Part shown: positions 25,616 to 36,391 of the stretch, piece after piece
How positions within the stretch are numbered: the stretch's first letter is position 1
Layout of the letters: every line of letters starts with the position of its first letter
Assembly: GCF_000315625.1 (NCBI RefSeq)
Contig: NW_005434661.1
Span: 484,878-548,877, forward strand
Direction of reading: 5' to 3'
Origin: Guillardia theta CCMP2712
Taxonomy: Eukaryota > Protista > Cryptophyta
DNA length: 64,000 nucleotides
Notes under the pieces: generated by a model
Databases searched by the model: none
What the model was told of the DNA's origin: nothing
What the model saw: the letters and a program-made list of their open reading frames with translations, nothing else
Program-made: the position numbers and the translations under genes

Positions 25616-27026
25616 ATTTGTTTCGCAGGTTGCATGGGTCGCTTACTCCATAACTGGCGTCCTCATCCTCGGCAGTGACTTGCCTGAGTCTGTCGCGCTC
25701 CTCCTCATGCCTCTGGTCTTGACGTCTCCTCTCCTCTTAGGTACAGCGACTTCCTCGGAGCCTTCGGAGCAAGTTTCAACGGTTAGCCGCAACTCAGTTG
25801 AGCTGTGCTGACGTCCATCAGCCATGTTCGGCAACTTCGACGCTCAGAGGCTTTACAACGCCAACCGTTTCATCGGGCCCTTCTACATCTTCTCCTGGTC
25901 GGGTCGCGGTCTTCTCCTCCTCCAGCTCATCGTGCCTCAGGCTCGCCCTCTCCTGCCTGCTGCTGCTCAACGTTCTCCTCGCCATCCTCGCGCATCACTT
26001 CTCAGCTGTCTGCTGTGATCGTCCTCCTGCCTCCTGCAGCTCTGCTGACACCTCGTGAAGCTTCTCAGGACCTCGATCTTCCCATCCTCAAGGAGGTCTG
26101 CCACATCTCCAGCTCCTCCCCTGCTCACCAGTGCATGCAGTTGGAGCTTTGGAGGAGGGCGTCCTCGGCCAAGAGGTGAGTTCTGCCCTCAACGAGCCGC
26201 AGCTGAAGACTCTCTCTTCCTCGTTCCCTGCTCGCCTTCTTTCTCCTCCTCCTCGTGGACGGGTCAACACTTCCAGACGGATCCATCCCAAGAAATACGA
26301 GCGACCTAAGTCCTCCCTCTTCCTCCTCGTCCTTCGCTCTTGACCGCTCGCAGGAGCGGCGTCCCGATGACCCCGACCAAGGAAGCGGATCCTCTCGACC
26401 ATGTCAGCGTCTCTCTCCTCTCCCGTCCCCTCACGTGCTGCAGGTCGACGCGTCCATCGTGGACACTGTGATGGTGTGAGAGGAGGGAGAGAGAGCGCGG
26501 GGGGCTGACACGTCTCAAGAATCGCATGCGAGCCATGGAGGACGGGGGAGCTCGAGGAAAAGCCTTCCTCGAGTACTCGCTGGACAGCGACGAGGGGCTC
26601 TTCTCTCCCGAGGACAGGCATGACGCGCAGGAGCGAGGGAATCGGATCTTGTCGGATCAGATCGAGCAGCTCAAGCTCGCAGTGCACAAGATAGTCAGCT
26701 CACAGGCGATTCTCTCCTCTTCTCCTCTCGCGCAGGCTGACCGGTCAGCAGGACCTCGTCTCATCCAAGGTCGACGCGCTCTCACGCGAAGTCTCCAAGA
26801 ACCTCTCCTCCAGCATCGAGATGCGGCGGCAGGTCTCGGATACGCTCACGGACACCGACTGGGCCAACGAGCAGGTGAGGAGCGGAGGAGGAGAGTGCGG
26901 AGGATGACGTGCGGTGAGAAGGCGACGTCTGGCTTCGTGAGCAGCACAGACATGGGTAGCAGCTTGAGGAACAAGAGCTCCGCAGTCAGCCTCTTCGCCG
27001 GCAAGGAGCTCGTCAACGATCTCTAA
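23750..27026 (+). CDS. PKD2: Polycystin-2 / TRPP-type cation channel
   Basis: ELLAFIIFLAAF (S1); TOP domain GIRLRQLRVGESVC..C and YPGGGF..LQQHQWIDIKTRVTFVDF; NFWNFLELANI; WLKLLKF; pore MFGNFD; IGPFYIFSW..LLLNVLLAIL. Contains an N-gap. Confidence 0.9.
24936..25035. other. Assembly gap (100 N) beside (CTCCT)n/(CCT)n repeats
   Basis: Run of N. Confidence 0.99.
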
Positions 27027-27064
27027 AGCCAGTACACTTCCAGCTGTAAACTTTCAGCCTTTCT

Positions 27065-28047
27065 TCACGAGGATCTTGCGAGCGTCAGCAGTGGCAGGAG
27101 AGCGACCAGGAGGAAGCTGAACTGCGAGGAGGCAGCTGAGCCTGTGCACGGCGCGCCGAAGTAGAGCAAGCCTGCGGCGGAGTGAGAGAGACGCGGCAGG
27201 GTCGAGTGACAGACCCGAACGTCCTCCGTCAGCTAGTTTGTTGTCGGCCTCGCAGATGTAAGCTTTCGACCAAAGGTCGTACTCGATGCCCCTGCAGCTC
27301 CTCTCACTCCCTCTCACGCTCTCCCTCTCTTACGAGTATGCTGCTGTCCATGTCGACGCGCTCTTCGACGCGTACATGGAGGGCGGCTGGGCAAGCGGTC
27401 GCTCAGTTCACCGATGCAGCTCATGTGGGCGCGTACCAAGATAGAGCGATCAGGCGAGCATGTCCGGAAGCAGTCTTTGCACGTTTGCCTTACAAGCATC
27501 ATGCACCTCACATGCGAGCGAGCGAGCAGACCTGCAGACCGGAAGAGGAACGATGTTGGTCGTGTCGCACTTGGGGAAGCTGAGAGCGCAGGCATAGTTC
27601 TTGCACCAGCTCTTGCCTGTGATCGCACTCTGGCCAGACATGCCCGTGAGTTAGCACAAAAGAGCTTGGCGCCCTCACGTCGTCACATCCTAACGTGTTC
27701 TTCCATTGCGTGGCCTGAGCTTGAGCCTGTTCCCACCTGCATCACCAGCAGGCCGAGCAGCTTCTCACTTGCCTGCTGGTCCAGCTGCAGCCAGTAGTTC
27801 ACGTCCGTCCGAGCGCTTTCGTAGAGAGCGTAAACCTGCGGCAGTCACGAGAGGAGGGGAAGGGGTGAGACGTCACTTGATACGAGGGCTGACAGTAAGG
27901 AGCCCAGGAAGCCTGAGGAGAGATGCAGACCCCCGAGTCAACGACCTGAGAGACTGACATGCTGCCATGAGGACTCAAGTCGACGAGGTTGCGCAACAGC
28001 AAACCTGAGCTCAACAGCAGCAAGAGAAACCAAACTCTTTCAGTCAT
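27065..28047 (-). CDS. Secreted, probably GPI-anchored Frizzled-type cysteine-rich-domain protein
   Basis: Signal peptide MTERVWFLLLLLSSGLL. Cys pattern: C..WAPYC, WCKNYACALSFPKC...PLPVCRS.CKDCFRTC. Hydrophobic tail GSAASSQFSFLLVALLPLLTLARSS*. Confidence 0.65.
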
Positions 28048-28863
28048 GCTTGCAGGTTTCACCAACGTCGTCGAATTCAACATCCATCATGCATCCATAC
28101 GTTGAAATACATCGCCTACATTTCACCATCACCTCATTCCTGAAGTGCATGCTTGTTGAAAGAACAAATGTTTGACCGTGCTGCGTTGTAGAGTAATGAT
28201 TCATGTAGAATTATGTTTCATGATGTAAGTTGTACTTCATTTTAGCTTTCACATGTGAACATAAAATCTCTTCATCTCAAAGGTCCTCCCCTTCCTCGCT
28301 CCCTCCCCTTCTCTCCCCTTCTCTCTCCCTCCCCTCCCCCCCTCCTCCTTCCCATCCTTCCCCTCCTCCCCATCCTCTCCCCTCTTATCGGTAGCAACCG
28401 TTTTCCCACCCCTCCCCTTTTCCCTTCCCACCCTCTCCTGTAAAATTCACCCCTACACCCGTTCCCCTCGTACCGATCCATCCTCATACCCTTCCTCCCC
28501 CTCTCCTCCTCTCCTCCTCTCCTCTCCTCCTCTCCTCTCCTCCTCTCCTCCTCTCCTCCTCTCCTCTCCTCTCCTCTCCTCTCCTCTCCTCTCCTCTCCT
28601 CTCCCTCCTTTCCTTCGACCATCCTCCTCCTCTCTGCCTCCACTACTTTCCTCTTCTCTTCTTCTTCCTCCTCCCGCAGGTCCCTCTCACTGCTCGGTTC
28701 GCCTTCAGCTCTGCTTTCTGCTTCGCCTGCTGTGCCTTCTCTCATCCTCTTCGTCTTTCCTGCTCTTCCATCTTCTCAGATGTAGAGGCTCTCCCCTCCC
28801 CCAGCACGGCATCACTGACGGCACCGGCCCACAAGGGTTAGGAGAGGGTCGACTCCCCTCCTC

Positions 28864-31800
28864 TTGCCGCTCATGGACCCTCATCTTCGCAGAGCTCGTC
28901 CTCGCCTTCATTCCACCGCCTTCGAGGACGCGCAAGAGGCAGCAGCTGCATGGCAGCGTCCGAGGTCGTTCTCAGTCGCGCTGGAGCATGCTGCTCACCC
29001 CGCAGGCTTGCTGGGAGCTCAGAACCGGGTGAGGGTGGAGGCGAGGGCGGCAAGAGGGTCGGTAGCTCGCAGCAAGGAAGACCACGACAAGGTCGTGAGC
29101 AAGTTCCTCGCTCTCAAGGATGACCCCCTCCACCTCCTCGGCTGCGGCTTCAACGCCGGACACGCCAAGCTCATCGCCACGCTCGCGTCGCTGCAGACTC
29201 TGAGCGAGGGCGACAGGTTTGCGAGGCAGGGAGACGTGTGTCAGAGCACAGCGATCCTGATAGAGGGCCGTCTCGCCGCTCTGATAGGGGGGGTGGAGGT
29301 GCACGAGTGGAAGGAGGACGCGAGCATCGGAGAGGGCGGACTGCTGGGGGAGCAAGAGAGGTTCTCGTTCGACGTGGTCGCCAAGGAGAAGACGCTCGTA
29401 GCCTTCCTGCCCCACAAGAAGTTTCAAAGCTTCATCGCCGACCTGCCCAACTTCGAGCAAGTTACCGCCTTCATCTCGTCCACGCAGCTGCAGAGTCAGC
29501 TGGAGTTGGAGCAGAAGAGGTTGACGCATGCAGCAGCTGTCGTCATTCAGAGCAGCTTCCGCTGCCACCTGTCTCGCTCGAGACTTCAGACCAACTTCCC
29601 TTGCTCGCGCATCGTGAAGATGCTGCACATGAAGCAGATCGCCCGAACTCGAAGCCTCAACCTCGAGGACTCCAGCGCCCTCACCCTTCAACTCTCCTTT
29701 CGCTGTCACCATGCAAGGAAGCTCTTCGTGCAGAGGCTGCTGCTGAAGCTCAAGCGAGTGCGTGAAAGCTCTGTGCTTCTCGAGAAGTTCGCGACCTGCA
29801 TAGAGTATGAGACGTTGAGGGGACGGCGAGAAAATCAGCCCGGGACGTCGCAGGCAGGTGGACATTCGCTGAGCGTGGCCTTCAACGAAAGCCAGACGAG
29901 AAAAGCAAACATCATCAACCGATGGAAGTTCGCGATGCTCGGCAAGTGCGTTCAGAACTGGAGGAACTACACGGATCGCATCAAGGGAAGGAGCGGGTGT
30001 GCGCTGAGAGTGATGAAGACCATGCGGCACGGCAACATCTACCAGCACTTCTTGCGATGGAGCGACAGCATCAAGCTGAGAGGAGACTTGGTGACTCCCT
30101 TCCGAGCGAGGGCGGACATGAAGGTGGCGCTGACGGAGGAGGGTAAGGAGTACGAGTTCAAGCATGGCCGGCGACTCGACGGCGACACAGGCCTGGGGCT
30201 TCTGGTCCGTCCAGTCCTGCAGGACAAGAGCATGTGGGAGGTGCGATGGGTCAGCTCGGGGCTGCGGGGAGTCTACCTGACTGGCTCCCTCGGCAGAAGC
30301 CACTTGCGGTTGTGGACGGAGGCAGCGCGACCGAAAGAAGCGGAGGAGGGGAAGCGAAACCTCGAGGACTACAGCAGGTTGAGCGCAGTCAAGGACGCGC
30401 TGAGGGACGGCAAGGGCGCGTCCGTGTCAGGCTACGTCACCCCCGCCATGGCCTGCCACCTGTCGCTCGCGTGCCCCGAGGGGTCGGGCTGGTCGATCGA
30501 CATCGAGTTTCCTCTCAAGGCCGTCAAGGTTGCGAGCCTGGTGCACGTGCAGGCGGTGGAAGGGAGCGAGACCTCCTCGCTCGACTCAGCCTACGGCAAG
30601 ATCGTCAGCCCTCTCGTCTACGTCTCCTCGGCTCAGCACGTCTCCCTCTCTCGCTCCTTCTCGCTTCGCATTCCCCACCGCTGCTCCAGCTTCAAGTTCC
30701 TCTCCCTTTACTTCTGGCCTGAAAATCGACCTGTGGCCGACCGAGTCTTCGACGGCGTCAGCTTCGACTCGGACTACTGCAAGGCGACGGTCGACGCCTT
30801 CGGGCTCTACGTCGTCATGTGCTCGCAGGCCAACGTGCCGGACCTCGTCTTCGGTCTCCTCGACTTCGACAACAAGGCGCAGGACCGGCGAGGCAAGACG
30901 CTCGTCCGAGCCAACATGGGCTCCGTGTTCTCCGGTCACGTCGACTTGGTTCCCAAGGCCTTCCTGTGCCGCCATCCAGTGCCGACGGCGAGGCAGTGGG
31001 CGAGCATGACCTCCTTCCAGCTGCAGCGCGACACCGTCCTCGAGAACGTCGTGCTCTCCATCGTGTCAACGTCGGTGGAGGGCTTGAGGATCAACAGCTG
31101 GAGCAGCACCCGTCGATGGCTCGGCGGGAGGCTGCTGCTGCCCTTCGAGGCGATCGTGCAGGTCGACAAGGGCGCGTTCATTCCCCTGCACCAGCCCAGC
31201 ATCACCTGCCAGTGTGTGGTCTACGGCAAGAAGCACGTGGCCCTCAAGTTCGACGGCCCCAGCTGCTTCCGGCTGCAGGTCGAGAGCGCGAGCCTCAAGG
31301 TTGTAATACCCGCGAACAAGGACTCGGAGGTGGAGGCGTACACGCGCATGCTGGAGGGGCGGGAGACCATGCTCGACATCCGCAAGTGGGTCGCCAAGTG
31401 CATGACAGGCAGCAGGGTGGAGAGCAGGAGTGTGCACTGGTTGTGCTCGCTTCGCTTCAAGACGAGCAGCGGGGACGTCTTGTCGTTGCAGGAGGAGCAT
31501 CTCGAATCAGCTGCTCTCCTGCTCCCTTGCGTTCACATGATCCACGTCAGGCCAGGCACCGGAGACTACGGCAGCAAGCAAGACGTCAGAGAGCTGCAGG
31601 AGACTCTCCTGCTCGACCTGCAGGTCACTCCTGACAAGACGCTTCTTCCCTCCTCCCATGCTGCCGCCCATGCCAGTCGTCACACCCCATTTGTTGGTCG
31701 CCCCCCTTCAGCCCATCAAGATCGTTTCATATCCACAGCAGCCTCGTCGCTTCTCAGTACCCACCAGGTTCTCACCTCAGCTGGTACTCAGCTGGCTTGG

Positions 31801-32034
31801 CATGCCTCTCCTCCTGGGTCGGCACGGGAGCAACCACCGAGTTTCTCAGCTCGCCACAGAAACGTTCGCCAGCATGAGCAGGAGGAGCTGACGAGCGCGT
31901 GGACGGGCAAGAAGACGTTGGGGAGGCAACTGCAGACGCGGAGGTGGACGGCAACTCCCTCGACTTGTGTGAGCGCCGACAAGACATATCAGAATCTCAT
32001 GCAAGACATCAGAGAAGAGAACCTCACTAGGTGA
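28864..32034 (+). CDS. Large single-ORF protein: cNMP-binding domain, IQ motifs, MIB/HERC2-like segment, ZU5 domain
   Basis: cNMP fold: EGDRFARQGDVCQSTAILIEG...IGEGGLL...VVAKE. IQ: IQSSFRCHLSR, LQLSFRCHHAR. MIB/HERC2-like: WEVRWVSSGLRGVYLTG. ZU5: IVSPLVYV...FSLRIPH. Confidence 0.7.
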   Translation: MPLMDPHLRRARPRLHSTAFEDAQEAAAAWQRPRSFSVALEHAAHPAGLLGAQNRVRVEARAARGSVARSKEDHDKVVSKFLALKDDPLHLLGCGFNAGHAKLIATLASLQTLSEGDRFARQGDVCQSTAILIEGRLAALIGGVEVHEWKEDASIGEGGLLGEQERFSFDVVAKEKTLVAFLPHKKFQSFIADLPNFEQVTAFISSTQLQSQLELEQKRLTHAAAVVIQSSFRCHLSRSRLQTNFPCSRIVKMLHMKQIARTRSLNLEDSSALTLQLSFRCHHARKLFVQRLLLKLKRVRESSVLLEKFATCIEYETLRGRRENQPGTSQAGGHSLSVAFNESQTRKANIINRWKFAMLGKCVQNWRNYTDRIKGRSGCALRVMKTMRHGNIYQHFLRWSDSIKLRGDLVTPFRARADMKVALTEEGKEYEFKHGRRLDGDTGLGLLVRPVLQDKSMWEVRWVSSGLRGVYLTGSLGRSHLRLWTEAARPKEAEEGKRNLEDYSRLSAVKDALRDGKGASVSGYVTPAMACHLSLACPEGSGWSIDIEFPLKAVKVASLVHVQAVEGSETSSLDSAYGKIVSPLVYVSSAQHVSLSRSFSLRIPHRCSSFKFLSLYFWPENRPVADRVFDGVSFDSDYCKATVDAFGLYVVMCSQANVPDLVFGLLDFDNKAQDRRGKTLVRANMGSVFSGHVDLVPKAFLCRHPVPTARQWASMTSFQLQRDTVLENVVLSIVSTSVEGLRINSWSSTRRWLGGRLLLPFEAIVQVDKGAFIPLHQPSITCQCVVYGKKHVALKFDGPSCFRLQVESASLKVVIPANKDSEVEAYTRMLEGRETMLDIRKWVAKCMTGSRVESRSVHWLCSLRFKTSSGDVLSLQEEHLESAALLLPCVHMIHVRPGTGDYGSKQDVRELQETLLLDLQVTPDKTLLPSSHAAAHASRHTPFVGRPPSAHQDRFISTAASSLLSTHQVLTSAGTQLAWHASPPGSAREQPPSFSARHRNVRQHEQEELTSAWTGKKTLGRQLQTRRWTATPSTCVSADKTYQNLMQDIREENLTR

Positions 32035-32501
32035 CCCAACTCCTTCTGCTCCTGGTGGTAGTGGTGGTCCTGCTGCTCCTCCTGCTGCTCCTCCCGCTTC
32101 TGCTTCTGCTCCTGCTCCTGCTCCTGCTCCCATCATGAATCTCTCCTGCTCTTGACGAGATAATCTCTCGCTCTCTCGCCTGCTCAACTGCCTCTCGCTC
32201 AGGTCGCTTGCTCAAGGACCATCCGTTGCTCGTCCTTTCAGGTCTCAGCTCAACGTCGTTGCCTTCCGCGCTGACTTGACAGCAGGAGGAGACCGCACAC
32301 GGCACGCGCTGGCGTCGGTTGAGCGGAGGAAGAGGGCGATCTATCGACAGCACACTTGCGACATCCACTGAGCCTCGATGTAGAGGAGGGGAACGAGGCG
32401 TCGCAGCGGGCAGGAGAGAGGCGGCCAAGGCTCACGCTGAGTCATCGGCTTTGAAACTTTATTACATGCACAAGAATATTCACAGCAGCAGCGACCAGAT
32501 G

Positions 32502-35500
32502 TCACTCGGGAGAAGAGTGGCCGGGAGACCTCGAAGCTGCTCGCTCGTGGAGGTCAAGGAACTTCTTCTGCAGAGCTCTGTGCTCCTTGTCGAGCTTCTC
32601 CAGCAAGACAGACAGCGACGTCACCTCCTGCTCCCTCTGAGGTCAGCGCGACTGCATCAAACCCGAAAGCAGACGAGGTGCCAGGGGGAGGGAGGGAGGG
32701 AGGGAGGGAGGGAGGGATGGAGGGAGGACGAAGCTGAGGGTTAGTAAGAGGAGGGTCTGTCCAGTCTCACCTCACGCAACTTGGAGCTTTCGAGCCTCAA
32801 GTCCTCGGAGAGGCTGGCGAGCTCCTCCTTCTCCTTCACCGTCGCTTCGAGCTCATCCGACAGCTCCCTCACCCTCTGACTCAACTTGCCTTCACTCTCC
32901 TTCACCAGTTTGTACTGCACAGACCGTCACCTCCACAGACCACCGTCACCCTCCCTGAGTCACACCTGATGATGAGTCCGTTCAAGCTGCTCCTCGGTGC
33001 GACGAAGCGCCACTCTCAGCTCCTCCTTGTCGGCCAGGTGACGTTCTAAGGACGAGGACGAATGCCTCTCTGCGCTATCCATGCTCTGCGCTCGCACCTC
33101 GTGCTTTCTCAGCTGAGTCTCCAGCTCAAGGACTTTGCGCTCGTTGTTTTCAGCTTCTGTCTGCATCCTCTGCAGCCTCTCCTTGAGGTGCGACTGCTCC
33201 TCCCTCTTGGCTTGCAGCGCCTTGTCCTGTCGCTCCACCACCCGCTGCAGCTCCTCCACGTTTGCCCGGAGGGAGGAGATCTCGTCGCTCATGCTCTCTT
33301 CTTCCATAGACTTGCTCGAGATGAGCCTCCTGTGCTTCTCCAGCTCGAACTCCAGCTCCTCCCGCCGGCTCCTCAGCAGTCGCAGCTCTTGGGCATTATG
33401 CTCGTTCTCGGTGACCACCTTGTGCAGCTTCTCTTGCAGCTCAACGTTGTCCGTGGACTTCTCTCTCTCTGCCTGGAATGCTGCATGCTCCTTCACCCGC
33501 AGCTGCTGCATCATCCCTTCCAGTTCTCCTCGCCTGCCTCGCTCTTCCTCCAGCTGACTTCGCAGAAAGTCCTTCTCTCCTCCGACCTGGTCCAGCTTCA
33601 CTCGCAGTGCCACAATCTCATCTCGCAGCAAGCATCCCTCCTTCACGCAGTCTTGCTTTTGCTTCTCTAGCATCGCTGCCATCCGCTTGCAGGCCTGAAG
33701 CTCCTCCTGGCTGCTACGCGAGTTCATAGCCTCTGCCTTGCTTCGATTCTGCGCGTCCAAGAGTCTCTCCGACAGCTCCTCCTGCTGTCGCTGAACTCCC
33801 TTGCACTGCAGGTGCAGCCTGTGCATCTCCTGCTCCATCCCTGCGTTGGCCTCACGCAGCCTCATCACCTCCTCCTCCCTTGCGTACACGTGGGCTCGGA
33901 TCTCACTGCACTCGAGGGAGTATCGCTCGCATGCTGCTTCAGCTCGCGTTTTCTCCTCGTTGAGAGCCTTGTAACTCATCAGGATGTCTTCTTTCTCTCT
34001 CTCGCAGCTCTTGAGCAGGTGCTCCACCACAGCCACGCGGTTCATCACCTCGTCGAGGTCTCTCTTGAGGCAGTCCCGTTGCGACACCACGTGCGCGAGC
34101 TCGTCATTCACCACTTGATTCTCCCGCGTCATCGCGTTGAGGTCCGACTCGAGGGTGCCGACCTCCTGCCTCGTTCCCTCCAACTCCGCGTGCATCCTCC
34201 TCTTCTCCGACCCCTCCACCTCCAGCCGCTGTTGCAGCAACGAAAGCTGACCGTCTCTCTCCTCAAGCGCGTCTCGCATCAAGTCCACTTGCTGCCTCAA
34301 GCTCGAGACGTTAGCAACATTCTGCTCGTTGCGCTGTGTCAGCTCGCCCACTCGCGATTCTTGCTCGCCGATCCTTGAGCACTTCTCGTCCAGCTGAGCA
34401 ACGAGGACGTCGCGCTCTCTGTCTACTTCAGCTATCATGATCTTCATCTGGGAGAGCTCGAGCTCCACACGCTCTAGTCTTCCCACCAGCTCCTCCTTCT
34501 CTCCCTCCAGACTGAGATTTCTTCCTTGCAGAGTCTCCATCTCCTTCCTGTACGACTGAATCTGCAGTGCGGCGTTGCCCTTGGCTTCATCCATGTGGCT
34601 CATCAACGTCTGCAGCTCCTTCAGGGCCTCGTCCTTCCTGGCAAGAGACTCCAGCAAGCTCTCCATCTCTGTCTGCAACTCCATGCAACGTTCCTTCTCG
34701 TCTGCTAGAAGCTGCAGAGAACCGGTTGAACCCTCCACCAGTGTTTTTACACGCTGATTCAAATCTTCAAAGGTAGTACAGACGAACTCAAGGGACTTCT
34801 CCGATTCGATCATCAGCTTCTCAAATTGATTTGAAAAATCTTCCATCTTGCCGTCTTGTTGGACCGATTGTTTGCTAGTGAGCAACCGGACTTGTGCTTC
34901 CAAGGACGTGATATACCTTGCACACTGTGTCAGTTGATCTTCCCTTTCGTGCAGACGGTCGGCAGTTTGTGAGCACAGCAAGCTCTGTTCTTCCCTCTCT
35001 TGTGCCAATCCTTTGATTCTTTCTTGCACCACCGCCATCTGGTCTTCAAAGTCCATGACAACAGCATACAGGTTGTCCCGCAATCGCTTCATTTCCGCCA
35101 GCTCTTTCTGCAGATTTCCTACATCTTCAATACTTGTCCGGTGCTCTTGGGTGACATGGGCCAGTTCAGCAAGAAGTTCCTGCTTCTCTCCCATCACTGC
35201 CTCGAGTTTCTGTGACAGGTCATGCTTCTGAGCCTTCAAGTCTTCCACTGCTGACTCGAAGCTCCAGCATTTCTTATCTCTTTCGTTGGTTTCGTACCTC
35301 TCATGGATGACGTTCTCTTTTTCGTACTCATGCGCGAACCGCAACTTTGTGAGCTCCTCCTCGGCCTGAGCCACTTGCTCGTTCAGGTGTCTGTTCTTCA
35401 CGTTGAGTTTGCGGTTTTCCTCTCTCACTCCCTCGAGATCTGATTTCAAAGACTCACCAAGAGCTACTTGCTCGGACAAGAAGTCAAGTTGTTGGTTCAA

Positions 35501-36391
35501 TCGCTTAATCGTCTCATCCTTCGTGTCCACCTGCTTTTCAAGGTATTCCTGTTCAGAGTTGATGTTCTGAGAAAGAAGCTTCCCCATTCTCAGAATCTCT
35601 TTCTCGCGATTCTTGAGCTTCAGTTGCAGCACATCAAGTTCGGTCTGAAGCTGAACTTGTGTGCTGGCAGACTCTTGAAGCTTCTCTTCCAACATGAGGA
35701 TTTGTTTCGCAGTTGCATCATGCAAATCAACAAATTCTTGCTCAACGGCATGGTCTATTTCAGGTTGAGGAGGACTTGGGTTTGCACTCATTGAAATCTC
35801 CATCCCGATTGGCACACTCTCTCCTGAATTGCTTGCAGTATAAACCCAGTGGTTGTCAAGGAGACTTTCAATCCTCTCCTTCTGTTCCTGCACCTTGCCT
35901 TCAAGGCTATGGATATGCTTGGCTTGCTCCGATATCATGAACTGCTGATCTCGAATTTTCCCCTCGTATTGCTTGGTGCTGAGTTTGTGCTTGCTTTTGA
36001 GGGCCTCAGACTCTTCACCACTCTGTATGAGCTCTAGATGGAGCTGATTGTTCTCTCTCACAAGACGACTTATCTCCTTCTGAAGAGGATGCAGCTGCCG
36101 CTGCAAGTTCAGCTCGCTCGAGTTCTTATCATTCAGATGCTGCGTCAATGTTTGTTGAGTGTCGCGCATAGACGTCAATTCCGAAAACAACCGCTTGACA
36201 AGAGCAACCGACTCAAACCCCACGATCTCGGAGTATCCTGACTCGTGCAGCTGCTTCTTAAGCTCTTGGAATGCCTTGTCATCCACAGTCTCAAACAGAT
36301 GCTTTCTTGCACCACTGTGAATATCAACCTTGCTAGGTCGGGGATGTGATGTACTAGGCATGTATTTTGTTTTCATGTGAATTCTCTCCAT
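32502..36391 (-). CDS. CEP135: Centriole cartwheel protein CEP135/Bld10
   Basis: FQELKKQLHESGYSEIVGFESVALVKRLFSEL and SRLVRENNQLHLELIQ match the CEP135/Bld10 N-terminal signature. More than 1100 aa of coiled coil follow, including LESDLNAMTRENQVVNDEL. Confidence 0.85.

Noticed and set aside
28972-30303. Long antisense ORFs (also 33062-33670 and 18051-18494)
   Set aside because: Shadow ORFs opposite GC3-rich genuine genes.
32027-32428. 133-aa minus-strand ORF between the ZU5 gene and CEP135
   Set aside because: No ATG start, low complexity and no motifs; probably UTR or intergenic.
23750-36391. A ciliary gene cluster (PKD2, cNMP/IQ protein, CEP135)
   Set aside because: Mixed orientations, and such genes are common in flagellates; there is no evidence of co-regulation.
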